Of a stretch of 64,000 bases of DNA, positions 38,721-53,311 are shown in pieces. The position numbers and the translations under genes are program-made. Source of the stretch: Octopus sinensis (taxonomy: Eukaryota); assembly GCF_006345805.1 (NCBI RefSeq), contig NW_021832853.1, forward strand, positions 31,483 to 95,482, written 5' to 3'. A model generated the notes under the pieces. The model had not been told where the DNA came from. It saw only the letters and a program-made list of their open reading frames with translations, and made no database searches. The stretch's first letter is position 1, and each line of letters opens with the position of its first letter.

Positions 38721-41700
38721 TCAAAAGGATCCTCCCAAAAGGGACATGACATTATAGTCCCTTCCATCACAATCATTATACATAACAAAGAAGCTAAAAG
38801 TTCTAACACAAACGCTAAGGTTCCCTTACTGCAACTACAAATTTATATCACTGTCATAACTGCATCCGAAATGCTTGGTTTCCTCTTCCTTGTAATAGTA
38901 CAATGTTAGTTCCAAAAAATATTTCAGCAAATATGAGCCAAAGCAGAAGAAACCTTTACAATCACCCTGCTAGATATAGTAGCTAAATCTCCATCAAATA
39001 ATGTTGTCAGCATCAGCCTATAGACATTATTGTCTCAAGTCCTAAGATTCATGGTGTCTGATATCTGATTTCCATGGTGTTTAAGTGATCGAGATCACAA
39101 TATTTCCCTGGTGTTCCATTCAGGGAAACACCAGTCTGCCACAGGTTACTCATTCACAGCTGAGTGGACTGGAGCAACATGAAATGAAGTGTTTTGCTCA
39201 AGAACACAACAAATCACTATCTTGAAACCACTGTCTTGTGACTCTGAATGCAATGCCTCAAGCACTAAGTTACACACCATCACAAAATCACCTCTTACAA
39301 AAAATAAAAAAATTAAATAAAGACACACTGAATAATGTACCCTTGAAAAGATGGGATGATAAAGGCTGTAATATTAATTATATGTCTACTTAATGAGAAC
39401 TGAGACTGGGAATAATAGCAATTTTTGCCCGTATCAGTTGCTAACTCACAAACTCAAGTACAGCCCAAGTTAGAGTGCTGCTCATATTGTTATAGAACTA
39501 CAAACTATAATTTTCATTTCTAAAGCACATCAAGAAGACATCTCCAGGTCATATTGGACACCTTGTAAAACAAGGAGCAATCTCCATTTAGTCTTCTCCC
39601 TCATTTATTCATTAAAGCCAATTCCAAAACAGATTTTCATATATGTATGTTTGTGTATGTATGTATGCTTTGGGGATATGTAATTTTATAATTATATGCA
39701 CACACTTAGTTTTATATATATATATATATACACACACATATATATAAATATATGCACACAAACACAGACACATACATATATGCAAACAAAATTCTTACAG
39801 ATAATCATGCGCTTATACACACGTGCATACACATTAGCACACATGCATATATAAATAAGATTTCCAAATAAAATAGCTTCAGTTATTCAAAAGGCTTTTA
39901 ACACCAAATTATATTTTAAGGATATTTGCATGTTAAAGATTTAAATGCATTAATCACCAGAAGACTCATAAAAGACAGAGATGTTCATTGGCACTGATTG
40001 ATGATTATAAGGAAATAAGCTAAAGTTATGACATAACTACAGATATATACCCCTACAACCCTTTGTTTCTGTCTAACTTTCAGAAAAAATGGTATATTAT
40101 TTAAATGAAATTTTGATGGTTTAGATTAAGTTATATTGGAATTTGTCGTGTAAAATTTTTTCAGGGTAGAAGAGAGAAGTTCTAGATAATTTGCACTACC
40201 TCAATTTGTTTCTTGATAACTTTCTGAAAAATAGATATTCTTTTGATTAAATGCAGATGATTACAATTATTTCAGAATTTGATATGAAAACAGAAAAAAA
40301 CTGGGGTGAGGGATGAATAATTCCCACATCTCAACTTTGTTTCCTCATCATGTTTTGATAAAATGTATGAATTATCCGCCTCCACATTACTTCCTCCACC
40401 TACGTTTTTGCGCATCAAATTCTGACATAATCATAATCCACGCCTACTGAAACATATTAGGTGAAAATTTTATTAAAACATAAATTTTTCAGAAAGTTAT
40501 GAAGAAACAAAGTTGGTAGGAATATGTATAATTATACCAACGTTATATATATTATTTGAATTGACTGTGTGTGTGTATGTATGTATATATATATATATAT
40601 ATATATTATCTGATTTTTACCGATAATACAGCAAATCTATCAGAATAAAATTCTTGCTTTAGGAAGGTACCAATAAGTCACGAAGAGTTGGCTCCCTTGT
40701 TTCAAGTGCTCAAATTTTGTTCACTAACATGCATTATAATTAAATTTGATTACAATTATACCTGTACGGATTTTAAAAAAATCAAGTATAATTATAAACT
40801 CTGGTCAAGAAAGGCAGGGAAGACAACATCAAAATTTAAATTAATTAAAAATAAAATGCTGTGGGATAATGAGTCTGATTTGGTGGGGGCGTGATCTGAA
40901 TAAGTTTGTATCTGGTGGGAAGAAGGCGATTATGGGGTCTCCTGAACATCCTTCAACTCAGAACAAAAAAAAAAAATTTAAACAGAAGAAATGTTTCTCT
41001 TTCACAAATGAAAGAACCTAAAACCTTTTGATTCCTCTTCTTCAGCCAACATGAACTTCACTGAATAATTTTTCATGATAAAAACAATCCCCAGTTTTTC
41101 ACATACAGATTACAGGTAGAAAAGATACATAAGATAAAATTTTAAAACACAGAAAACAATTCTGCTAATAAGATTTGAAAATTATTTTATATATTTAAAA
41201 AAAGGAGGGGGGGAGGCGTAAAATTCAAGGGAGATAATAAAAAGATATCACGAAGTCATCTGTGGTAAGGAATTTAAGCAAGAAAATTAAAATTTAAAAT
41301 AATCTACATATAGGAAAATCAAATTAATTTTCATGTATAAGTTCAAATCACATTTAAAAAATATGGCACATCTGACAACATGTTTTGATACACTTTTTGA
41401 ATTGTTTAAGTAATTCAAATTTGCTATAACGTAGTTTTTAATATTCTTTGGCAATCTGGAAGTTATTTTACATTCACATTATTATTTTCTTCACTATTTT
41501 TATAATTTGTAACGTACACAATACAAAGAAAATTAGGCAGAATATTTATATGGAAAGACAATAGATTTTCTTATTATCTAGAATATGTAGTTCATCATTA
41601 CTTTTATCATTCAGCGTTACAAGTCTCAACATTTACTCAAGGATGTTAAAAAGAAACAAAGGCAATTTAGCAACTATCACTCAGGGAGGTAGAATAAAAT

Positions 41701-44700
41701 AGCAAAGTTACAATAATATACAACAAAAGACCTAAACAACTCAGCAAATTCGAGAATAGAAAGGCACCGTTATTTTTTTAATCTCAATGTTTAAAAATAC
41801 ATACGGTAGTTATTATTTTCATCACAGCAACACTAGAGCAACATTTTGCTCCCAACATACTGAAGTAAATGCTGTATGTATATCTCAAACACCGGAAAGT
41901 TTTTGACATATTTTAAAAGAATATTTATAATTTATTTATTTAATTTAACATGATTTCTAGATATGGAAATAAATAAATAATAAACTTTGCGTATTTACGT
42001 TTTAGCTTTTATTTATACTCTCTTATTGGTCCCAGTCTATGGGCCATAGCAATGCTGGGATTTCTAATCATATCTGCAAATAACATATCTTTTAAATAAC
42101 AACATATAACTACAAATTTAATAACTTTGACGTAATATCTTGATTGCTTCTAGAAAATGTCTAACAGCAGTTTTCAACGTGTAAAAAAATTAACAATCAT
42201 CATCATTTTAATATCTATTGTCCCATGCTGGCATGGGTTAGATGAATACATTACATCTTCTGTTGACGGGATCCTGATATCTGACCCTCACTACTTCATG
42301 TCTTCCCTAGACTCCTGTTACAAAGACCCTTCATTGATGATATACCCAGCACTTATTAGGCCCATTCTTATCACATCATCATCATTTTTACAATTGCTTT
42401 TTCTATGCAGGAATGAGTTGGACTCCTTGAGGCAGTATTCTAAGGCCAGGCACCCTTCCTGATGCAAATAAAAAGGTACTTCATTCCATTGGTCTCATAC
42501 AATGAACTGCTAAACTGTGGAACATTGTTCATGCAGTAGATAAACTGATGTAAGCAATGTTAATGCAAACAGAAACAAACACACATTTATACATATATTG
42601 ACACATATATGCATATATATATATAGACATATATATATACTTACAAGCACTCACACAAATATATACATACAAGTATATAATGAACTTTAGTACAGTTTCC
42701 ATCTACAGGATTTCACTCAAATGTCAACCTGAGCCAATAGAAGACCCTTGCCTAAGACATTATGCAATGTGGTTATACACAAAACCATGAGTGTGAAGCA
42801 AACTTTTTATTCATACAGCTATGCCTATGCCTTCAATCTCCATACCAATCCAGTCTTCTCTCCTTCATACATTGGCTGATGCCTTTAATGTCCTCTTGCA
42901 TTCTGGCTTTCATGCTTCACACACCCAACACATCCTGCCCACCCACATTTCTCACCAGGCTTTACAGATCTACTTTCAATGTCCATTTCTCACTATTGTA
43001 CAGTATCACAAAATAATCATATCACCAGAAATATATTGAAGTTTGATCTAAACAATAAATAAAATGCATTTTCAAATGTTAAAAAAAAAAATCCACCAAA
43101 GGAAAATAACTTGCTTAAAAACCTCATTGAGGTTTTCAATAGGCATTTTGAATTAAAAGCTAATTCAAAAGAGAATTTTCATATAATCTCTGATTAACAC
43201 CACATGATGAATTAAGGCAATCTACAACTTTGCAGCAGAACTGTGAAAGAGGTAATATTGGACCTTGTATTAGCAGAGTTTGTCAGAGGACAATAATCAA
43301 ATTAAATTGAAAGACTCTTACACATATCAATGTGTTACAACCATTAAACAAAGTACGCTTTAGAATTGATACTTTGAAGTTAATAAAAAAAATATCATTA
43401 TTATCATCATTTAACATCCATTTTCCATGCTAGTATGGGTTGGACACACACACAGACATAGACACAGACACACGTCTTCATCATAGTAACTAACTATATG
43501 TTAAATTAATTAGGCCTTATCTTCAAAATAAAAATTAAGATATTTACTGTCACACAACCAAGAATTTGTAATATCATTACTGCAATTTGAATGAGAATAG
43601 CTATAAACCTTGGTTCATTGTAATTCTTAAAAGTAAATTTTGTTGACAGAGTAAAGGTAACTTAAAAAGAAAAAAAAAACCCCAAAAAGATTTGCTTATA
43701 AATGATGGATTGTAATCAAAGCAGGAGAAACTAGAGAACAAAATTGTATTTATTTTTATAGTTTATCCTTATTTTTATAGACTCCTGCTCACATTAAATA
43801 CATGCATACATACATACACAGACAGACTGTTTGACAGGCATACACACATACAGAAATACAGACATAAATTCTATTGATTCCACTCCCTCACAAAGTGGAT
43901 TCAAAGTATGCACAGGAATGGTACAAAGACTGCAAAAAGTGCAAAGTTTGCAGACCAAATGCAAACATTTGAGTTGTAACAAATAAACATAATGATCTAA
44001 ATTAATTAACTGTTTGTGTAAGGAAGACAGGGACATTAATTTGCTCTAACATTGACAATTCCTTCTTTAATATGAATTACATATATAAAATTCTTCAAGT
44101 AGGATCTGATCACAAACCACCAACGTTCAATGTCATGTTGAATCTCTTTCTCTCTTTCTGTGTGTGTGTGTGTGTGTGTGGTGTGTGTGTGTGTGTGTAT
44201 GTAATAATGAAGGCAGCTATCTGCAAAATAAAACCAAAAAGGGAAAAATTCAATTCTCACTAATTGTGACTGAGAGTATCAGGTGGTACCTTTATTGCAA
44301 GAAATAGGAGTAAAAAAATCCTTAGAACTGCAAAAAAAAAAAACGCATTTTTGTATACTGTCAGGGGAAACAACCAACCCACAGCGAAGCTAGATCATTA
44401 TACTCAGCTTGTATTGTTTGAAAATTACAATTTTCAAATGAAACTAGCCTAGTATGGTGATTTAGTTTCACTGTGGGGGTAGTTATCTCCCCTGTGAACA
44501 TATGAAAATGCGCTTTCTTGCAGTACTAAGGGTTATTTTAACTCTTATTTCTAGCAATATAAGTGCTATCCAGTACCCTCAGTCATAATTAGTGGCAATT
44601 GAATATATATATATATATACATATATATAATTTTTTCAAGCAAAATGTTAACTGTGTTGCTCTTATCAAACTATAAGTTGGTTTTCCAAATCGTAAATAT

Positions 44701-45547
44701 AATTATTTGAAGTTTATCTTGTGCAATGTGTGTGCAAAGTAATGCATGGTGTAATAGTGTAATTTTGTGGTAAATAAATATATACCTTTATTGGATGATA
44801 TTATTAGGTAAGCAAAAAAAGGTGTTTGTAGGGAGAAAGAAGAAATAGAATATATAGAAAAGAAAGGAGAGGAAAAAGTAATTGTTGATAGGGTGACAGT
44901 AGAAAGGATGGTGTGGTATAGACATTTTCTCTGGTTTGATAAATTAAAATTATGCAGAAACTAATTGGGTACCTAAAGGAATTATTGATTATTTACGTTA
45001 TTGTTAGAGCATATATGTAAATACAGGTGATGGAAGTTATATTTTAGAGAGAAACAAATCACAGGTAGGTCACATTGAGTGGTTTGTGTTGGAAGATTTG
45101 TTGAATTTCATGAGGTGGCTTCCATTAAGTTTGTTATTGCTTAGTATTGGAAGTTAATGACTGTTTTTTTTTTAGTATTGAGTGCTTCATTCAAGCATGT
45201 ATGTTGATAGAGGTGAGACAGGTTGGGTTTGTATGGAAGGAGAAGGTCAAAGACAGGGTATATGATTTTTAAGTACTGGCTTTGTAGATAAACATCAGCA
45301 TTCATTATTTTATGCTAATAGAGATTTTGATGCCATAAATTTTTCAACAATAGCCAATGGATCCATACATGCATTTATATAGCCACAGATCTATCTATAC
45401 ATCTTGGTGAGTTAGTACACATGCATCTAGTCATACACACACAAAAATACACAATACATTTGAGTTTCAATAGACAAACATTTTTACATATACAGATAAA
45501 TCTACATGTTCATGTATATACATGCATGCGTATGTTTGTGTGTGTGC

Positions 45548-45598
<51 letters not shown>

Positions 45599-45642
45599 AA
45601 CATTATTCAAAACACTTTAACTCACATTCTGTGCTAGTTCAG

Positions 45643-45740
45643 GTTTTGCAGGCGCCTAATGGAATCTGGCTCTTCAGGCTTGTGGAACTTGGATATTCCA
45701 TGAGCCTGAGGAAAGAAGCTCCATTAGGGGCCTGTGAAAC
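45643..45740 (+). other. 98-nt imperfect hairpin
   Basis: A 17-bp upper stem closes an 8-nt loop (cttggata), then an internal loop and a lower stem of about 20 bp. Six G:U pairs form on the plus strand. Confidence 0.7.
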
Positions 45741-46099
45741 TTGAAGTAGCATGGATTATAAATCAAACTGTTTTGAATAATACATGCAACTCTTAATAAA
45801 TGCATTGAGTCCCCTTTCATTTGTCCACTCATGTATATCATCATCATCATCATGCACTAGAATATATTCATATACCTATCTGCATGCAAACATATGTATG
45901 TACACAAGCAAATGCATGCACTCATATATATGTTAATGAAGCAATTTACAGTCCAATTATGGTTACATAGCTGAAACATTAAAGTGAGTGTTAACCTTTC
46001 CCTTGCAAAAATGAAGTGTGTTTATTCTACTGAAAGCCATTGATTGACCTTTCTATTTAATGTTTGACTGTTTTTATACAGAACTAAACACACAAAACA

Positions 46100-46490
46100 A
46101 ATATTAATACATACATACATATATGTATGTATATACATCATCATCATCATCGTTTAGCATATATATATATACATACACATATATACATATGTATGTATGT
46201 ATATATATATATATATACACATATATATATTCATACATACACACATATATATATATAAATACATACATATATACATACATATAAATACATACATATATAT
46301 ATATACATATATATACATACATATATACATATATATGTATATATACACACACACATAGATATATCTATATATACATACAGGTATATGTACATGTACACAA
46401 ATACACACAACCATACATAGACACACACACACACACACACACATCCTCTTTTCCACATATATACTTAAATACACACATCCACACACAAAC
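46100..46490. repeat. Compound (TA)/(TACA)/(CA) microsatellite block
   Basis: Low-complexity block that generates several spurious ORFs. Confidence 0.95.
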
Positions 46491-47300
46491 AACAATGTTT
46501 CTTTCAAAATAAAAAAGTATAAGAATTATTCTTGAGAAATTCACAGTATTCTCAAACAATCAAAAAAGGATCTATTTTTTTACTAAGTCGTATGCCTTTC
46601 ATAGTTGTTAATTGGTAAGACGTCATCCCATCAGTCAATGATGTCCTCATCTATAAGTCAAACATTGAAAGGACAGAATCAGGAAGATTAATAAAATTTC
46701 TGATCATTTATCTCTCATCTGGCATGACAATGGAAGCTAAAACTGGAAAACAGTTTTCGATAAATCTCAGCACATTGCAAGGGCAGCAAAAAAAAGCGAA
46801 GAAAAAAAATGAAAGAAAGAAAGAAAAAAGTATGAAACATGCATAAGGCATTTATTGGGTGGTGAACTTATGCCATCACCCGGTTTAACACCCCCACCTG
46901 GTCCTTGGGTGCCTTTAACAGAATCAGTTCTGTTGCAAGCTTTGAAACTAGATCTCTAATCTGAGGATAAAATCCTCACTTCCTCTGACCAATCTTAAAG
47001 GCCATGAAAAAGGTCATGGGCGCTGCTCTTTGTCTTTTGACTAAGCCATTAAAAAAAAAAAATCTTAAATATTCACAGAATAAAACACATTAACATAGAG
47101 CCAAAGATTGCTTTCTGGTATATAAAAAAAAAAAGGAAAATAAATGTGCCAAAATCCCATCACAAAGAGTCATTCATAAAATATATATATTTTTTAATTA
47201 TAAATTCCATATTTTCCTGGAAAGTAGTATAACAAATGGAATTTGGTTTGGAATTCTATGAATCTTTTGAATTGTCTCAATGTTTTCAGTAAACTTGTAT

Positions 47301-47553
47301 CTACTGAGGAACACTGATGACAATAGTATCGGCAGCTGTATTCATGTAATGATGGGTTGGAGAATCAATATGGTCATTAGAAACACCTTCTGTTGCTTCC
47401 AGAATGTCTTCTTCGAGTTGGTCGGCAGTAAATAATAGTTTTTCTTTCATAGTTCTTGAATTAGAATGATACTGGTCTGTAAGGATAGTCATTGTCTGTT
47501 GAGAATGTAACGAAATTGTCTCTGGATTGAAGCGTGTTCCCAATAACCGGACC
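47301..47553 (-). CDS. GDPD5-like: GDPD gene A, terminal coding exon ((W)VRLLGTRFNPETISL...SRTMKEKLLFTA...VPQ*)
   Basis: ctttgcAG acceptor, 1+252 nt ending in a stop. Resembles the family tail WRLGG.RSYNPEQIML...MKEKLIF. Confidence 0.88.
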
Positions 47554-47652
47554 CTGCAAAGATTGACGTTTTCAAGTAAGTGACCAATAAAAGGAAAAAA
47601 AAAATTATTAAACATTGCAATAATTTTCCATTACATGTAAAACTTTACATGC

Positions 47653-49795
47653 AAAGAAAGAGGCTTGGAAATGCCATTATGAAGGGTTGCTGAATGTGAA
47701 GAATGAATAGCAGGAGGAGGGTCAGCCAAATGTTGACCCAACTGAGGGACCAGCTATCTGAATTGACAGTAACCTTGTAGATAAAGCAATTAGGGATATG
47801 AAGACAGGAAAAGCCCCCAGCCCATCAGGAATCACCACTGAGATGCTTAAAATATCTGGCAGTATGGGATATGGTCTAGTCACCCGTATTGTAAATCAGG
47901 TGGTTCATGAAGGAGTCATACAGAATCACTGGTGCAGCAGCACCATAGTCAACTATTTGAAAGGTAATGGTGATATTTTAGATAAAAATAATTACAGAGG
48001 TATCAAATTGTTGGATCAGGTAATGAAAGTTGCAGAGAGGTCATAGCCCAATTAATCAGGGAGAAAGTTAATTTAGATGAGATGCAGTTTAGTTTTGTGC
48101 CAGGGAGAAGCACCACTGATGCTATATTTCTGGTAAGACAGCTGCAGGAGAAATACCTAGCCAAAGTTAAACCTCTGTACTTGACTTTTGTTGACTTGGA
48201 GAAAGCTTTTGACAGAGTCCTCCAATCCATTATCTTGTGGTCAATGCAGAAACTAGGGACAGATGAGTGGTTGGTGAGAGCTGTACAAGCTTTGTACAGG
48301 GACGCTACCAGTAAGGTGAGGATGGGCAACAAGTACAGCGAAAAATTCAGGATACATGTAGGGTTTCACCAAAGATTGGTGCTGAGCCCTCTCTTGTTCA
48401 TCATAGTCCTCCAGGCAATAATGGAGGAATTCAAGACAGGCTGTTCCTGGGAAGTCCTCTATGCTCATGACCTTGCTGTTATAGCTGAATCACTACTTGA
48501 GGTAGAGAAGAAGTTCCAGGTATGGAAACAAGGTCTAGAATCAAAGGGCCTTAGATTTAACCCAGCGAAAATCCAAGTCATAGTAAGTAGGAAGGTAGAC
48601 AAATCACAATTCCCTTCAGGAAGATGGCCCTGCACAATCAGTAGAAAAAGTGTAGGTAGAGACTCCCATAAGATGCACCCAGTGTAAGCTTTGGACACAG
48701 AAATGGTGCAGCAACATTAAAGTAAAGTTAACAGAGAAACTAACTTTTGTATGTGGAAGGTGCACAGGCATAATAAATGCTGAACATGTAAGGAAAATAG
48801 ACTCCTTCAACTGCCAGCGGGCTAAGCTAGAGGTAGTAGATAGCTTCTGATATCTAGACGACCAGGTTAGTAGTGGAGGTGGTTGTTCCAAGAGCATAGC
48901 TGTGAGAATAAGATTAGGTTGGGCAATGTTCAACTCTTAAATACAAAGACCCTCCCTGGTGAAGAATATACCCCCAGCATAGACTAGTTATTAGTGACTT
49001 TAGACTCGAGGCCAGAAGGATGCCAAAAAGCAGACCAATCTGGAAAAGAAGAACTTGGAAGGTTAAGAACCCTTTGCATGATTGGAAATTTAGGGAAGTC
49101 CTTACCGAGAAATTTGATGAGAGGGACGAGGAGCTACAGTCCTGTGACATAGAAGACAACTGGAAATTCCTGTCAGACAGCTTGCTGAGTGCCACAAACC
49201 AAATCTGTGGCTGGTGCAAAGTCCTTTCCAGACGTGGGGTAACATGGTGGTGGAACAATAATGTAGACAGGGCCATTAAAGCAAAGAAACAGGCTTTGAA
49301 TGCCTGGAAGAATGGGAGTAGCAGGAGACTGTATCGGATAGCCAAAAGGGAAGCTAGGAGAGAGGTGTATATAACCAAGGGAGTAGCAGAAAAGAAGTTT
49401 GTCAATGTTCAGCGATGTGAGAACCGAAGTATTTTGGATTGCAAGACAGTGTGTGAGAGAAAACCATGAAGTCATAGGAGAGATATGTGTCTGCATGGAC
49501 GATGGTGCCCTTGCATTTAATGATTCTGTAAAGAAAGAGGCTTGGAAATGCCATTATGAAAGACTTCTGAATGTGGAGAATGAATGGGAGGAGGAGAGTC
49601 TGCCAAAGGTCGACCCAACTGAGGGATCAACTACCCGCATCGACAGTACCCTGGTAGATAAAGCAATTAAGGATATGAAGACAGGGAAAGCACCTGGCCC
49701 ATCAGGAATCACTACTGAGATGCTTAAAATATCGGGCAGTGTACAAGCCCTGTATAGGAATGCTGTCAGTAAGGTGAAGGTTGGTAATGAGCATA
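47653..49795 (+). mobile_element. RTE-clade LINE fragments in scrambled order (last intron of GDPD-A, antisense)
   Basis: RT motifs (NYRGIKLL, FVPGRSTTDAIFLVRQLQEK, FVDLEKAFDRV, LSPLLFIIV, LYAHDL) span 47800-48700, followed by the normally upstream QHRLVISDFR and WWWNNNVDRAIKAK segment and a second copy of 47653-47863 at 49530-49740. Confidence 0.9.
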
Positions 49796-49800
49796 TTTGT

Positions 49801-50096
49801 ATATACATGCACATATGGGCACAGGACACCATGGAACATAAACAACATAAAATGAATATAAAACATATGAAATACGACAACATGGAATTTGAACTTTGTT
49901 TGCAAACAAAGAAAGAAACAAACGGAAATCAAGACAAGCGACACGAAAAAGACGACACTTCGTCAGTTATTGGCAGTTTTTCTACTTCGCATTTTCGAGC
50001 ATTTCACAACAAGATAAGTTTTCTGTTTTTGTATTTTATGTTTATTTTATGTTGTGTACATTCCATGGTGTCCTGTGCCCATATGTGCATGTATAT
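49801..50096. mobile_element. MITE-like element with ~70-bp TIRs
   Basis: atatacatgcacatatgggcacaggacaccatggaa... is mirrored by ...ttccatggtgtcctgtgcccatatgtgcatgtatat. The internal part is an inverted copy of about 50602-50705. Confidence 0.75.
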
Positions 50097-50974
50097 ATAT
50101 GTATGCATGCATATATATTTTTATATATTATTTATATTATTATATGACTGAATGCCACACATCCATTTCCAAGTAAGTTTTATCTTAATAATATTGATGA
50201 GACACTCTTTCTATCCTTTTTCTTCCCCTGTTTCATTTCATCTCTATTCTCTTTATCTCCTCTTCTCTCCCTTTCGTTTTCCTCTCTCATCCGTCTATTC
50301 CTCTCCCCTTCGCCATTCTGTCTGTCCCACTCTCTCTCTCCCTCACTTTTCTGCCTTTGCTCTCTCCTGGCTCACACGTGACCGTCAGCCATCTTACTTC
50401 TCCTAACTTGAATTTCCTTCTTTCTTTCTGATCAGTCACAGGGATTGGATGCATTCTTGTCTGTCTCTTGTCAGAGCTTGTTTATCCACATTCACCAACC
50501 CAACTCGTCTAGGCTTAGCAGCCCTTCCTGTCTGTTTTCACTGTCTTATTTTTGTTACCAACTCTGAGCCTCCGCAAAATCCCAAATTTGATTTAATTTG
50601 CTTTGTTGTGAAATGCTTGAAATATGAAGTAGAAAAACAGCCAACAACTGATGAAGGGTAGTTTTTCATGTTGCTTGTCTTGTTTTCTGTTTGTTTCTTT
50701 CGTTGTTGAATTATATAATTCACACAAGTTGAATTATATAAAACAAGACAGGTTTGATATTGAGATATAAAAGTAAAATTTACCAGTGAAACTACATATA
50801 TGATAAATGGATGCTTAAACATTTGTGAATATGTTATAAATAATATAAATTATATAACTTATAAATAGAAACTTCAAAATTGGGTCCAATTTAAGGTATT
50901 TAGATAATAAGGAACATTGATATTTCAAAGATACTTCAATTGGTCACACCAAAATATTTAATACACTGACTTAC

Positions 50975-51057
50975 CATTGTACTATAAGTATGGTGATGAT
51001 GATGATAGCAGATATTATATCAACTGAAACCCATGTCATAAGATATGTTCCTGGAGT
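50975..51057 (-). CDS. GDPD5-like: GDPD gene A exon, C-terminal TM (TPGTYLMTWVSVDIISAIIIITILIVQ(W))
   Basis: 83 nt, bounded by cttccAG and GTaagt. Matches PPDEY.LMW.TADLVS..LIVGIFVLQ, and phases are consistent. Confidence 0.9.
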
Positions 51058-51114
51058 CTGGAAGATAAAATAAAGGAAAATTAAATATTTGGACTGTTAT
51101 TATTATTAGTATTA

Positions 51115-51331
51115 CTTAGGCAATGAACAAGCAAATATGATAGCATGTCAAACAAAATGTCTAGCAGCTCTCTATGTTCCAAGTTCAAATTCTAATGAGG
51201 TTACCTTTGCTTTTCATTCTTCTGGGAGGCAATAAAATAAATACCAGTGAAGCACAGGTTGATGCAAACAACTAGCCCCTACCCCTAAAATTGCTGGACT
51301 GATGCCACAACATAAAAGGATTATTTTATTA

Positions 51332-51365
<34 letters not shown>

Positions 51366-51815
51366 CATTAATGCGGAGAGCTGGCAGAATAGTTAGCATG
51401 CTGGGTGAAATGCTTAGCGGTATTTCGTCTCTGTCATCACGTTCTGAATTCAGATGCCACCGGGGTCAACTTTGCTTTTCATCCTTTTGGGGTTGATAAA
51501 TTAAGTACCAGTTACTCACTGAGATTGATGTAATTGACTGGTCCCCTGCCCAAAAATATCAGGCCTTGTACCTATTTTAGAAATTATTATTATTATAATT
51601 ATTATTATTATTATTATTATTAAGAAGGCAGCAAACTGGCAGAATCGTTAGCACACTGGGCGGCCGCTACGTTCTGAATTCAAATTCCACTGAGGTTGAC
51701 TTTGCCTTTCATTCTTTTGGAGTTGATGAAATAAGTACCAGTTATGCACTGGGGTCAATGTAATCAACTAGCACCCTTCCACAAAAAATGTTCAAGTCCT
51801 TGTGCCTAGAGTAGA

Positions 51816-51851
<36 letters not shown>

Positions 51852-51870
51852 TATTATTATTATTATTCAA
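51115..51870 (+). mobile_element. Three head-to-tail family-2 SINEs separated by (ATT)n tails
   Basis: The gagctggcagaat(c)gttagca...ttcaaatt...gcctttcat...aagtaccagtt unit occurs at about 51115, 51371 and 51622. Confidence 0.8.
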
Positions 51871-52230
51871 CATTTGGTAGTTTCAGGTAAAATCTCTACT
51901 GCATCACCTGCTACACCTCCATGTTGCTGGGGTATGTGTAGCATTGTGTGTTCTTTTTTGTGGGGAGTGCAACCTCTTCTTGATATTGTATTGCATTAGT
52001 TTGTTTCATTATTTGTAGTCTTTCGTTGTATTAGTGTTTGTATTGTGCATTGTGTGTATAGTGTGAGTTGTGTTCCTTATATCAGTATTTTTTCTTCTCG
52101 ATATTTCATGCTTGTTTCATTATCCTTGTATGTTTCAGGTATAGATTTGCAGTGCAGAATGCATATGTAGTTGTCATATGTCCACCATTTTTTTTTTTGG
52201 CTTTGTTTTTTGCTTGGGCAGTGACATTAA

Positions 52231-52960
52231 CCCTTTCGTTACCAAATTTTGGTTAATGTGACCAAACCGCCCAAAGCCGCCCGAATTTACCTATTCATAT
52301 TTAAATGAGAATATCAGAGCAAATCTCTTTAGTACATTCGTGAAAATACGTATTATACTTCGTAAAGAGTTCAACTACAGTTTTGTACAAAAATCGAAGT
52401 GTAATTTTAATTCCGTGAATTTTGGGAGATTTTTTTCCGAAATTTGTTCCTATTGTGTTTTCAAAATTTGTAATTCTGACAAAAAATGGATACGAATTTC
52501 ATTATATCAAGCAGTGAGTCAGAATTCGAAGGATTTTCTACTGAAGACCTTCATAAATCTAACTCTATGACTGAAAAAAAAAAAGCATGTGGTATTTGAT
52601 AATGAATCTGATGTTTCATTTTCCGAAAGTGAAAACAGTGAATCGGAGAGCTCCGACAGCGATAAAGAAAATGAATTGGCACCTGAATGGAGTGAAAATT
52701 TAAAAACTGTTTCTTTCGGTGATTTTTCTGAAGAAACTGGACCAAGCCACAGACTTTCCCAGAAGAGTAAAGCCTTAGACTATTTCTTTTTACTTTTTCG
52801 AATGAGCCTATTTGAAATCATTACGGCGGAAACGAACCGTTACGCTAAATGTAAACAAAATGAAAGAAAGGATAGTTAGTGAAATTAAGACTATTTTGCC
52901 ATAAATATTATTATGGGTATCAGAAAGTTACCCAGAATAACAAATTCTATCGTAAAATTT
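52231..52960 (+). mobile_element. piggyBac 5' fragment with truncated transposase (PGBD4-like N-terminus)
   Basis: TTAA|CCCTTTCG terminus. ORF 52589-52879 has an acidic N-terminus and ALDYFFLLF...EIITAETNRYA, then stops and frameshifts. Confidence 0.78.
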
Positions 52961-53311
52961 TATTGTATACCCAACTGAATATTAGCTAATAACCCATTTT
53001 CTATAGCGATGTTTGAACAAAATTTTAATAATTTTATATTTTGTTGAATTTACCTGTATCTACCTGCAATTAGAGTCACTTTGTGACAAAAATTATAGTA
53101 TAGATTGGTTGAGAACATTTCATTAAATTATCTTCCAAAATTCACGTTAATATATTGATAAATAAAAAAGTTATAGTTGTTTAATGAAACCAGACTAAAT
53201 TTATGATTATGTTAGAAATTAATTGAAACACATAATTGAAAGTGTTCCACATAATATGTGTGTGTGGTGCATAGCATTGCTATCTTCTATAAGCTACACA
53301 TATTATTATAT

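Noticed and set aside
52589-52879. Domesticated piggyBac (PGBD) exon inside GDPD-A
   Set aside because: It is antisense to the host, truncated before the catalytic core, and followed by stops and frameshifts.
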